DNA from: an uncultured Dehalococcoidales bacterium
Lineage (GTDB): Bacteria > Chloroflexota > Dehalococcoidia > E44-bin15
Length of the DNA stretch: 27,023 nt
Assembly (NCBI GenBank): GCA_964648675.1
Contig: CAZYLE010000004.1
Coordinates: 1 to 27,023, forward strand
Direction: 5' to 3'
Part shown: positions 9,622-18,014 of the stretch, in pieces
Layout of the letters: each line of letters begins with the position of its first letter
How positions within the stretch are numbered: the stretch's first letter is position 1
Made by a program: the position numbers and the translations under genes
Notes under the pieces: model-generated
What the model saw: only the letters and a program-made list of their open reading frames with translations
The model's database searches: none
What the model was told of the DNA's origin: nothing

Positions 9622-10866
9622 TCACGAAAAATACTGTATTGTACCATCGGGAACCACCGCTACCCGAGCACCCTGGGGGAAGTCCTGTGTCAAAATATCC
9701 ATAACCTCCGACCAGGTCTTCACCCAGAGGGTATCAGGTATGGCCAGCCAGTCGGCAAAAGACTTCTCAATCTGTGGTGACAATACTATCATTCTTTTAA
9801 GCCAAGGTAGCTGGAAATTGACCGGGCTAAACAAGCGCCCTCTTATTGATTTGCCAAAACTGCCCAGCAGGTAATGCACTACCTGACCAGCAGGACAATC
9901 CATAATCAATACAAGGTCGCCACCCTTCTCCGCCAATAACTGTACCCCCATGAGCAGACCAACGATTGCTTCATTAGCCTTGCTGTAGTTATTGACTACT
10001 GCCACATCGATCTCCGAGGCAGCTTTAGTAGTATAGTGCGGCACGACAGATTTCAAGGCCTCATTGAACTCAGCCTGAGTTTCCCCAGCGAATGCGGCAC
10101 AAGGCTCCCCCTTGCCATTAATCATGGTATCGATTTTAAAGTCCAGCCCCACCATTCTGGCTGCCTCATTAAAGTCCCGTATCATAGGATTCTCAGTGTA
10201 TTTACCAGGCCCTACAATGTCTCCGTGTCCAGAGTATCTAGCTTCGATTTCTAGGCGGTGAAAGCCCTCGATTGAGTCCATTGAAGCTATACCAGGCAGG
10301 ATAATCTTCCCACCGCCGCCATATCCACTTTGGACATGCGGGACTATGGACCCAATGGCGATCTTAAGGTTACAGCTCATCACCTCAGCATTAACAGATA
10401 GTTCGGTGCCTTGCGACGTCCGTCCAACATATTTGCAGTTCTCATATGCGTTGTGATTGTAAACTGGGAACCTATCCAGTATTTCCCCTCCCAATTTCTT
10501 CTGGAAGTCCTCAAAGGTATGCGCGCTGTGGGAGCCGGTAGCGCAGATAAATCTGATGGCCGCATCAGGAATGCCTGCTGCCTCTAGCTCCTCGAGAACA
10601 TAGGGCACTAGCTCGGCAGCACGTGTGGGTCGGGAAAGGTCATCAAAGATTATAACCACTTCGTTCTTCCCCTGTGCCAACTCCCTGAGTGGCGGTGTGC
10701 CAATAGGCTTGCTGAAGGCAGCCCTTATCTGTTCTGACATCATGTGAGGGGCATTGTGCCCATTCATACGGCAGGGCAAAACTTCCCACGACTCGGGAAA
10801 TTCTAGCTGCCAATCTCCCCGTTCATACCACATTTGTCTGGGAACTGTCATAGTCCTGATGCCCAT
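9622..10866 (-). CDS. LarA-superfamily (nickel-pincer-type) 2-hydroxyacid racemase/epimerase-like protein
   Basis: PIGTPPL, DDLSRPT, ATGSH, NH, IVPH..SGYGGG.K.ILPG and I...H match the LarA N-terminal domain. The C-terminal domain is divergent. Confidence 0.85.
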   Translation of the reverse strand: MGIRTMTVPRQMWYERGDWQLEFPESWEVLPCRMNGHNAPHMMSEQIRAAFSKPIGTPPLRELAQGKNEVVIIFDDLSRPTRAAELVPYVLEELEAAGIPDAAIRFICATGSHSAHTFEDFQKKLGGEILDRFPVYNHNAYENCKYVGRTSQGTELSVNAEVMSCNLKIAIGSIVPHVQSGYGGGGKIILPGIASMDSIEGFHRLEIEARYSGHGDIVGPGKYTENPMIRDFNEAARMVGLDFKIDTMINGKGEPCAAFAGETQAEFNEALKSVVPHYTTKAASEIDVAVVNNYSKANEAIVGLLMGVQLLAEKGGDLVLIMDCPAGQVVHYLLGSFGKSIRGRLFSPVNFQLPWLKRMIVLSPQIEKSFADWLAIPDTLWVKTWSEVMDILTQDFPQGARVAVVPDGTIQYFS

Positions 10867-10926
10867 CTTATTTCTCCCTTTCTACGTCGGAAGAGCGTTA
10901 CCCTTATTAGCAATATATACGAAATC

Positions 10927-11715
10927 TTATTTTTTTAAGTTTGAGACCCTAGCTGTTATGGCTGCGCCTAAGGCTGTCACTATATGGGGATGTGGAGGTA
11001 CAAGTAGCCGAATATTCAACTCATGTTCTACAGCCTCGACGAGCCCGTTATTAAGGGCACCACCGCCACAGATAGCACACGGCTCTACCAACCTGACCTT
11101 CTTAGACAGTGAGAATATCTTGTCGGCTAAGGCTTTGTTGACCCCAGCGGCGATATCCTCTTTAGGGATGCCCTCAGCAACCCTGGTAATAGCCTCTGAT
11201 TCGCCAAAAACAGCGCATCCCGTGCTGAAAGTGACGGGATTTTTAGACTGAAGAGAAAGAGGGCCAAAGTCCTCCAAATCTATTCGCAACACGTTGGCAA
11301 TAAGCTCGACAAATTGGCCGCTTCCGGCGGCGCACTTTTCACTAATGGTGAAGTTGGCCACCAGCCCCTCCCCATCTATGCGTATTAATTTAACGGACTG
11401 CCCTGCCACATCGATAACTGTCCTCGCTGAGGGGAAGATGCTATTTATACCTCTGGCAGTGCAAACTATATCACTAACTCTCTGACTGGCGAAGTAGACG
11501 CTGCCAGCACCGGTGCCGGTGGCTACGGTAGCGGTAATATGATCCAGAGCTAGGTTAACCTCTGTCAGCAGCTCCTCTCTTATCCTCTCGGCTGTCGTGC
11601 GGTAATTGGCGCCGGAAAGTATCACGCAGTAAGCAGAAAGCTCGTTATCTCTAGTTATAACTCCCTTGCTATACGCCGAGCCGATGTCGATACCGATAAA
11701 CCAAGACATTTGCAT
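10927..11715 (-). CDS. BadF/BcrD-type ATPase activase, degenerate delta-like subunit
   Basis: GIDIGS...K, DVAGQSVK, EKCAAGSGQF, GCAVFGESE, GGGALN and ALGAA. Confidence 0.88.
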   Translation of the reverse strand: MQMSWFIGIDIGSAYSKGVITRDNELSAYCVILSGANYRTTAERIREELLTEVNLALDHITATVATGTGAGSVYFASQRVSDIVCTARGINSIFPSARTVIDVAGQSVKLIRIDGEGLVANFTISEKCAAGSGQFVELIANVLRIDLEDFGPLSLQSKNPVTFSTGCAVFGESEAITRVAEGIPKEDIAAGVNKALADKIFSLSKKVRLVEPCAICGGGALNNGLVEAVEHELNIRLLVPPHPHIVTALGAAITARVSNLKK

Positions 11716-11722
11716 TGCTTCC

Positions 11723-12565
11723 TCACTTGAAGAAGGTGGCCTTTTCTAAACGGCGCTGCTTTGCCGGTGCAGGCTCACCCCTGGCTATTGCCGCCAATGA
11801 GAGTTCCCTTGCCAGTATAGCAGCGCCAAGTGCGCCGGTTATAAGTGGGTCTTCAGGAACAAGAAGTTCGCAGCCCAGATAATCATTCATCGCTCTAATG
11901 ATGCCACGGTTTTTTGCCACCCCTCCAGTAAGCACCACATCAGGTTCTATTTTCAGCCTCCGTGCTAATCCGGCTACTCTGCTCGCCACAGCATCGCTAA
12001 GGCCGGCTAGGATATCTTCCAACTTTTCTCCCTCAGACAAGCGAGCTACTACCTCTTGCCGGGCGAAGATAGTGCATAAGTTGCTAATCTGGACTTTCTT
12101 GGTAGACCTTAAGGAAATATCTCCCATATCCTCTAGCTTAATATTCAGCGCCGCAGCGATGACTTCCAGGAACCTGCCTGTGCCAGCGGCACATTTATCG
12201 TTCATAACGAAGTCGACCAACTTGCCCTTATCGATCTTCATACACTTAGCATCCTGTCCGCCGATATCAATAGCTGTCCTGACACTGGGAAACAAACTGA
12301 ATACCCCCCTGGCATGACAAGTCAGTTCGGTAATCTGACGGTCGGCGAAAGGAACATTGAAACGGCCATAGCCTGTGGCTACAACGTATGAAATCTCATC
12401 AAGCTGCAAATTGGCTTGCCCCAACGCCATTTGCATAACCTCATCGGCTAACTGGCGATGTTCAGGACCAGTGGGGCCTTTGACGACTGACAGAATGTTA
12501 TCATCCACATCCATAAGCAGAATCTTAGTCATAGTGGAACCTATGTCGACCCCAGCAAAATACAA
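11723..12565 (-). CDS. BadG/BcrA/HgdC-type ATPase activase, canonical subunit
   Basis: GVDIGSTMTK, TGYGR, TELTCHARG, DIGGQDAK, MNDKCAAGTGRFLE, CTIFA..E and GGVAKN. Start is TTG 12565 or GTG 12571. Confidence 0.92.
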   Translation of the reverse strand: MYFAGVDIGSTMTKILLMDVDDNILSVVKGPTGPEHRQLADEVMQMALGQANLQLDEISYVVATGYGRFNVPFADRQITELTCHARGVFSLFPSVRTAIDIGGQDAKCMKIDKGKLVDFVMNDKCAAGTGRFLEVIAAALNIKLEDMGDISLRSTKKVQISNLCTIFARQEVVARLSEGEKLEDILAGLSDAVASRVAGLARRLKIEPDVVLTGGVAKNRGIIRAMNDYLGCELLVPEDPLITGALGAAILARELSLAAIARGEPAPAKQRRLEKATFFK

Positions 12566-12587
12566 GTGCACCTCTCAAACTGTATTT

Positions 12588-13754
12588 TTAGCTAATAGTT
12601 TCCAGGAAGGCTTCAACCCTTGTTCTTAACGGTGCCAGGGCTCCTTGCGCATAGTCGTATTCTATGTAGGTGCTGGGAATACCAATGCTGTCGAAGTAGT
12701 CTTTGAGTGAAGGAATTTCAAAAGCGAATGGGTCACAATAGCGGACGAGCAAGAATATTGCTCCATTGACTTTCCATTCTCGAGCGAAGTCTTTCAGATA
12801 ACCAAATCGGTTTCCCAAATCTTCCAGATAGTCTTTCTTAGTCTCACCAAGAACAGTCTCTCTGAATGTGCGAGCGCAGGTTATCTCCTCCAAATAGTAC
12901 TGAGCCAGTCCATCCAATGGATCATCGGTTAGCTTTACCTCAGCCCTGAAGGGTCTAATGCCCCCACAGCTCTCGTCTAACACCACATTTGCCCCGTTCT
13001 CGAATATCTGCATTATCTCGGTATCATCCAGCGTGCTGCTCCAGAGGATAAGCCGCACTGGTTTCCTTTCAGGCCCATCGGTACGGTCTTTGACCTCGCC
13101 AATAACTTGGGCTAGTAACTCATTGCCTTCGTCCACAGGCAGACTCATCAACGCCTTTACTACCTGGAGGATCTCCGTTCCCGAGATAAGAGGCGTCTCG
13201 GGCTTCGTTTGTTCGTACAGTTCTCTTACCAAGGCTCGCTGTTGATTATGAGATTGGATGGCTGCCTTGAGTCTGTCTGAGGAAAGCTCCTTTTTAGTGA
13301 AAGCCTCCAGTGTCTTCTTCAAATCGTTTAATTGCCCTTTGAAGTACTCCATAGCCTCCGGTCGAACCGTGCCAGGTATATCCATGAAATGGAAATAGGG
13401 ATAGCTTATATAAGATTCCCACAGACGAGCCGTTTTTTCTTGAGGGTCACAAGAATGAGCTACAATTATCCCGTCCAGGAAATCATCTCTGGCTTTGAGT
13501 GCGCAATCAAAGCAGCTACGAATGATAGGGCAAAACGAGGTAGGCAACGCTCTATCTGCCTCGGTGACCGGCTCCTTGATATCTCCGTATGTTCGGTACG
13601 GGATCACACCAAGCGCAGTAAGCATCTCTACAGGCACATAGACGCAGGGATAACCTATGACCTTCTTGCCTTCCGCCTTAAGCTCTTTGACTCTGCGGGA
13701 CCGGTTTCGGTAAATCTCCTTGGCTTTACTAAGCCCTTTGCTTTTATCTGCCAT
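12588..13754 (-). CDS. 2-hydroxyacyl-CoA dehydratase / class I benzoyl-CoA reductase subunit (HgdB/BcrC/BzdN-like)
   Basis: HGD-D family pattern: GYPCVYVPVEM..A.G..P, FCP, HSCD, RYCDP and TRVEAFLE. Confidence 0.88.
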   Translation of the reverse strand: MADKSKGLSKAKEIYRNRSRRVKELKAEGKKVIGYPCVYVPVEMLTALGVIPYRTYGDIKEPVTEADRALPTSFCPIIRSCFDCALKARDDFLDGIIVAHSCDPQEKTARLWESYISYPYFHFMDIPGTVRPEAMEYFKGQLNDLKKTLEAFTKKELSSDRLKAAIQSHNQQRALVRELYEQTKPETPLISGTEILQVVKALMSLPVDEGNELLAQVIGEVKDRTDGPERKPVRLILWSSTLDDTEIMQIFENGANVVLDESCGGIRPFRAEVKLTDDPLDGLAQYYLEEITCARTFRETVLGETKKDYLEDLGNRFGYLKDFAREWKVNGAIFLLVRYCDPFAFEIPSLKDYFDSIGIPSTYIEYDYAQGALAPLRTRVEAFLETIS

Positions 13755-13790
13755 TTTCTACAACTCACCAAGCTGAAATTTGCTGTTTTC

Positions 13791-15134
13791 CTACCAATCG
13801 AAACCCTCTTGCTTCCTTACTCTTCGGTAATACTCCATTGTCTCCTCGAATGGTTCCGCCCTGGCTATGGCATCTTCGGGGTCAAACAACCGAAGGTCTA
13901 CGATATCTCCTTCAATTGTTAGTGAAGGCACCTTTAGCCTTTCCATTATCAAGTTTGCCACATACGGCAAATGTGTGGAGGCGCTGCGGCAACTGATGAG
14001 GGGGTGGAGGAGCGCCCCATCGCATTTCCATTCTCTTACATACTTCAAGTATGGATATGCCAAGGCGCCGGCGGGCACATTTTGTTCCAACGCGTCTTCA
14101 TAATAGCCAATAAAAACCTGGAGACTGAATCTGGTGATTTTCTCCAGAGGGTTGCTAACCTCACTCAGGTCAAGAGGAATAGGCGGTCGGTAGCCAAAAC
14201 TCTCGACGACGAAGTTCCATCCCCTCTCGGCCAATCTATCGAAGAATCCCAAGCTATGCCACGGCGGAAGCTCGGCGAATACCAGTCGATATCTCTCCTC
14301 GTCAATGGCTCCTACATGGTTTTTCACCCTATCCCTCACCTCTTCATACATATCCCGATAGCATTGCAACGAATGCTTCAGATCGCCCATCAGAAACAGC
14401 GCTGCAGGCATTGCACTCCAGAAATCTCTGCTATGCATGGGGCAGGGTTTTGCCTTGCGCAGTTCGCTTATTTCATGCCACAGCCGGTTAACCTCTATCA
14501 TAAGGTCTACTGTCTCATCCAATTTATCCCAGTCCATTTTCCTGCCAGTGATACGTTCGACGAAGTTAATAAACTCACCGAGATGCTGAACTCCTAAATG
14601 AACCATCCGTTCATATGAGCCTTCCATGAACAGTTCCTTCACTCCAGGCATTGGCGCTTCCAATGTCCATACCGGAACATCCATATAGCGGCCTAATGAC
14701 TGGAACCACTTATACCTAGCATCACAAACAGCAGCCGAAGACATCAGGAATATGGGTTTCGGCATGCCTCCTAGAGGCGCCTCCGCAGGTATTTCGCCTT
14801 TCAGTTCTCTCATCATCTTCGAGGTATAGCCAAGAGTAGCCCGGCTATAACCACACAGGTGGGTAGGAAACCCGTCAGCATCGGCATATTCCAGGTAAGG
14901 TTGGGCAAATCCCGTAGCGGCAAGGGCAGCACCGTAATTCTCTGGATATACTACTTCCAAATCCATGGCTTTGAGTATAGGGTCACCATAATACCAGTTA
15001 AGCATAGCCCACACTGTGGGTTTGCCCGCTCTCATAGCTTCAACGCTCTTTAGGTACGTCTCATTTACCTTGGCTCGAAGCGGGTACATTGATTTCAGCC
15101 GGTTTATCGCCTTCTTCTTTTCCTCGACAGCCAT
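13791..15134 (-). CDS. 2-hydroxyacyl-CoA dehydratase / class I benzoyl-CoA reductase subunit (HgdA/BcrB/BzdO-like)
   Basis: YPENY.A, LCGY, GG.PKP, VCD...KW, SCR and EGD.VD.R. Three putative cluster cysteines. Confidence 0.88.
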   Translation of the reverse strand: MAVEEKKKAINRLKSMYPLRAKVNETYLKSVEAMRAGKPTVWAMLNWYYGDPILKAMDLEVVYPENYGAALAATGFAQPYLEYADADGFPTHLCGYSRATLGYTSKMMRELKGEIPAEAPLGGMPKPIFLMSSAAVCDARYKWFQSLGRYMDVPVWTLEAPMPGVKELFMEGSYERMVHLGVQHLGEFINFVERITGRKMDWDKLDETVDLMIEVNRLWHEISELRKAKPCPMHSRDFWSAMPAALFLMGDLKHSLQCYRDMYEEVRDRVKNHVGAIDEERYRLVFAELPPWHSLGFFDRLAERGWNFVVESFGYRPPIPLDLSEVSNPLEKITRFSLQVFIGYYEDALEQNVPAGALAYPYLKYVREWKCDGALLHPLISCRSASTHLPYVANLIMERLKVPSLTIEGDIVDLRLFDPEDAIARAEPFEETMEYYRRVRKQEGFDW

Positions 15135-15303
15135 GATTCACTCACTTCCTACAACGGCTTTGCTCGTTAACAATCGGCCTCATAAAGTGCTAGCCAACGC
15201 TAATCTGTCTGCTTGAACTGTTCATATTGTCTAAATCCCCATGTAGTAGCTAACATTATATTACACCATGAGTATCACTGAAACCATCGACTTAGAATAT
15301 AGT

Positions 15304-15354
15304 GTAGTGCGACCCTTTAGGGTCGCTTGAGGCAGGAGTAAAGCCCCGCGTTCC
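15304..15354. repeat. GTAG-type REP doublet (one perfect copy, one degenerate inverted copy)
   Basis: GTAGT-GCGACCC-TTTA-GGGTCGC at 15304-15326. The inverted degenerate partner at 15332-15354 keeps the TTTA loop. Confidence 0.65.
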
Positions 15355-15460
15355 ATAATAGACAACAGAGGTGTCGCTAGTTTTTACATGGAACAACTTG
15401 ATTGCCATGAAGCCGAAATAAAGCAAGGGCAATGATAAGTACAAACAGTTACGCTTGAGA

Positions 15461-15489
15461 TTGACGAAGGGCAAAGTGTATTATACACT
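15461..15489 (+). promoter_or_regulatory. Putative sigma70 promoter for yhhN
   Basis: TTGACG-17 nt-TACACT. Confidence 0.45.
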
Positions 15490-15620
15490 ACTCGCAGGCT
15501 ACAGATATGCGATATTTCACCCAAGGGACCGCACATGGCCAGCGTTAATCTTACAGTGTTTCATATATACTCAAGCGGCAGCCGCAACAAACCGATATCC
15601 TAATACGAGGAGGGAATGAA

Positions 15621-16301
15621 GTGACCAAAACACAGAAAGTCTATCTGCTTGTCTTTATCATATTCGCCATCGCCTACATCGGCACCGTGCCGATTCAACC
15701 CTATCCAGGAAGCTTTGTCATCAAGGCGATACCAGTGCTGACTCTCTCCGTCCTAGCGTTGACAAAGATTGCCGGGTTGAAGGGCAAATTGCTGTTTGCC
15801 GCCCTATTGCTGTCCGCCGGTGGAGACATAGCTCTGGCACTGGGCGAGGGGCAGTATTTCATTATTGGCCTGGGATTATTCCTCGTCGCCCACATTGTGT
15901 ATATTGTGGCATTCTCCAGGGACTTCAAAGCGCAGAAATCGAGGTTACTCATCGTAGTCCTTCTCGTTGCCTACGCTGTAGCCATAGCTGTCATCATGAC
16001 CCCGTCGCTCAAAGAAATGACGATACCGGTCTACGTGTATATTTTGGTTATAACGCTGATGGGCATTTTCGCCGCATTCAGAGGTTCGAAAAGCAACCTC
16101 GTTCTTTATGGAGCTCTCTCTTTTATCGTCTCTGACTCAATCCTGGCCATCAACAAGTTCATGGTTGCCGTGCCGGCATCCGACTACCTTGTCATGATTA
16201 CCTATTACCTAGCTCAATTGCTCATAGTCTATGGATTTGTGAAAGATGAGCGAGAAAGGGAAGACAACACGGAGGTAGTCAAGGATGAAGTCAAAATGTG
16301 A
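15621..16301 (+). CDS. yhhN: YhhN/TMEM86 family lysoplasmalogenase-like membrane protein
   Basis: K.IPV, S.GGD..L, F..GL..FLVAHIVYI.AF, PV.VY...I..M, GA..F..SD..LA.NKF and M.TYY.AQ.LI. GTG start follows GAGGAGG. Confidence 0.9.
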   Translation: MTKTQKVYLLVFIIFAIAYIGTVPIQPYPGSFVIKAIPVLTLSVLALTKIAGLKGKLLFAALLLSAGGDIALALGEGQYFIIGLGLFLVAHIVYIVAFSRDFKAQKSRLLIVVLLVAYAVAIAVIMTPSLKEMTIPVYVYILVITLMGIFAAFRGSKSNLVLYGALSFIVSDSILAINKFMVAVPASDYLVMITYYLAQLLIVYGFVKDEREREDNTEVVKDEVKM

Positions 16302-16449
16302 AGCTTGCCCAGGGCGCAAGCATGCGGAAAGGAAGCCAAATTCGATAATCAGCAGGATATGGCGGTGGCATACCAATTGGTGTCCCGGTTGGAAGGCATA
16401 TCAGAAGGAGTTAGCTGAGCAACTGCAAGAACCAGGTACAGAGCGGTGA
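16285..16449 (+). CDS. Small 54-aa Cys/His/Trp-rich protein, absent from the ORF track
   Basis: MKSKCEACPGRKHAERKPNSIISRIWRWHTNWCPGWKAYQKELAEQLQEPGTER. GGAGGT lies 8 nt before the ATG, the ORF overlaps the yhhN stop, and a hairpin follows. Confidence 0.7.
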   Translation: MKSKCEACPGRKHAERKPNSIISRIWRWHTNWCPGWKAYQKELAEQLQEPGTER

Positions 16450-16457
16450 GCCGCTCT
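16440..16457. terminator. Hairpin between the convergent small ORF and radical SAM gene; possible terminator
   Basis: AGAGCGG-TGAG-CCGCTCT, a 7-bp stem without a clear U-tract. Confidence 0.4.
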
Positions 16458-16577
16458 ATAAATGGAGCATCATTCTTCACTTGTGACGCCGTCTGATTGC
16501 GCCTGGCAGAGCTCGCCAAGGTCGTTTTACCGCAGGCACCATTGGGACTGTACCAAAACCGGGTTTCGCGCTCATAT

Positions 16578-18014
16578 TTACTTGTCGGCCAACCGTCTCA
16601 GAATGTCCCAGAAGGCTCCCCTGTATCCATTTTTAATGGCGTTCACCAGTACTATATTGTCATCATAGTTGTAATTCTTATCACCCGCCTCCGGGTTGTG
16701 GAGGAAGAAGCGCTCGTCATCGCCAACAAGTCGAGATAGGTATTGAAGAGCATCATCGCCCAGATGTTGGGAAAGATAGAATAGCGGAGCAGTGAATTCG
16801 TCGTTGCCCTCGATAATACCGTGTAGATTGACGTTACCCTCCAGTGGACCCTCCCGATATATCATGTCTGCCAGCTTGGTTTTGGAGTAGACCCGCACTC
16901 CCATGGCCGCCCCAATCCGGTCTGGCGAGATTTTCTTCATAGTCTCGACCGTTTCTTTCAGAGACTCCCTGGTCTCCCCAGGACCTCCCAATAACAAATC
17001 GTACATGCAGACGAGTCCCTCTTCACGGCAACTCCTGGCCGTGCTCCGCACATCTTCTACGCAGAAGTCCCTGCCCAAAGCCTGAAGCATCCGGTCGCAA
17101 CCAGAATCTACACCAAAGTTGATGCCAACACACCCCGCTCTCTTCATCAGTGAGGCCAACTCTCTGGAAAAGGGTGCCGGTGACGCATAGGTGTACCACC
17201 TAACCTTCTCTCCCAATCGCCTACTGATTATCTCGGTGCACACATCTTCGGCATGGGAATGGGGTATATTGAACTCGCTATCGCAGATGTGGAAGTAGTC
17301 TACTCCCTGGTTTAGCAGCGCCTCTATCTCATCACCTACGTTCCTGGGAGAGCGCAAGCGAACCTTCCTACCCTTGCTCAATGGGTCCACACAGTAAATG
17401 CAGCCCTTGGGACAACCACGTTTGGTCTCCAAGCAATTCATACCGCCTTCATGGAAGTAGCGTCGATTATCTATGAACGTCCTTCGCGGCGCAGGCATTT
17501 TCGCTAGGTCCAGGTAGTGGGCAGGATTACAGCGGAAACCATCCCCAATGCGATATACCAGGGCAGGGATATCACAAAAGTCGCCTTGTTTTGTCAGCTT
17601 CATTAGGAGAAGGGGCAGGGAATATTCCCCCTCACCCCATACTCCAATGTCAAGGTCACAGTAATTCAGAATAGCCTTGGGCATCACTGAGAAACCCGCT
17701 CCGCCCAGGATGATAGGAGCCGATGTGTTTGTCTTAATGCACTGGATGATGTCCCGTAGCAGGGGTAAAAAAGACCTCTTGGTGGCGAAGGAGCTATCAT
17801 CGGTGTTGCGAAAGGTTACCATGACAGCGAATACATCACGGCTGGCAAAGCATTCTTCTATGGCCCTGATGTAGTCCGGTGAGAAGCACAGGTCCAGGAT
17901 CTCTACCTCGAACTCGCTCTGCTGAAGGGCTTGAGCCAGATAGTCGAGGGCCAAAGGGGCTACCGGGGGCTGCATCAGGTTTGAGTTTACCAGAAGGACC
18001 TTCCTTTCTTTCAT
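16578..18014 (-). CDS. Cobalamin-dependent (class B) radical SAM methyltransferase, TsrM-like
   Basis: N-terminal B12 domain (PPVAPLALDYL, TFRNTD, GGAGFS.MP, GEGE), then ETKRGCPKGCIYC, DSEFN, NFGVDSG and C-terminal GYRGAFW. Start ATG 18014. Confidence 0.88.
   Translation of the reverse strand: MKERKVLLVNSNLMQPPVAPLALDYLAQALQQSEFEVEILDLCFSPDYIRAIEECFASRDVFAVMVTFRNTDDSSFATKRSFLPLLRDIIQCIKTNTSAPIILGGAGFSVMPKAILNYCDLDIGVWGEGEYSLPLLLMKLTKQGDFCDIPALVYRIGDGFRCNPAHYLDLAKMPAPRRTFIDNRRYFHEGGMNCLETKRGCPKGCIYCVDPLSKGRKVRLRSPRNVGDEIEALLNQGVDYFHICDSEFNIPHSHAEDVCTEIISRRLGEKVRWYTYASPAPFSRELASLMKRAGCVGINFGVDSGCDRMLQALGRDFCVEDVRSTARSCREEGLVCMYDLLLGGPGETRESLKETVETMKKISPDRIGAAMGVRVYSKTKLADMIYREGPLEGNVNLHGIIEGNDEFTAPLFYLSQHLGDDALQYLSRLVGDDERFFLHNPEAGDKNYNYDDNIVLVNAIKNGYRGAFWDILRRLADK

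Noticed and set aside
15292-15474. 60-aa ORF in the operon/yhhN intergenic region
   Set aside because: It runs across the REP doublet and the predicted promoter, and has a TTG start with no recognisable motif.
16513-16549. Minus-strand PNGACGKTTLA resembling a Walker A motif
   Set aside because: It is imperfect (extra residue), has no start codon and no further ATPase motifs; chance cannot be excluded.
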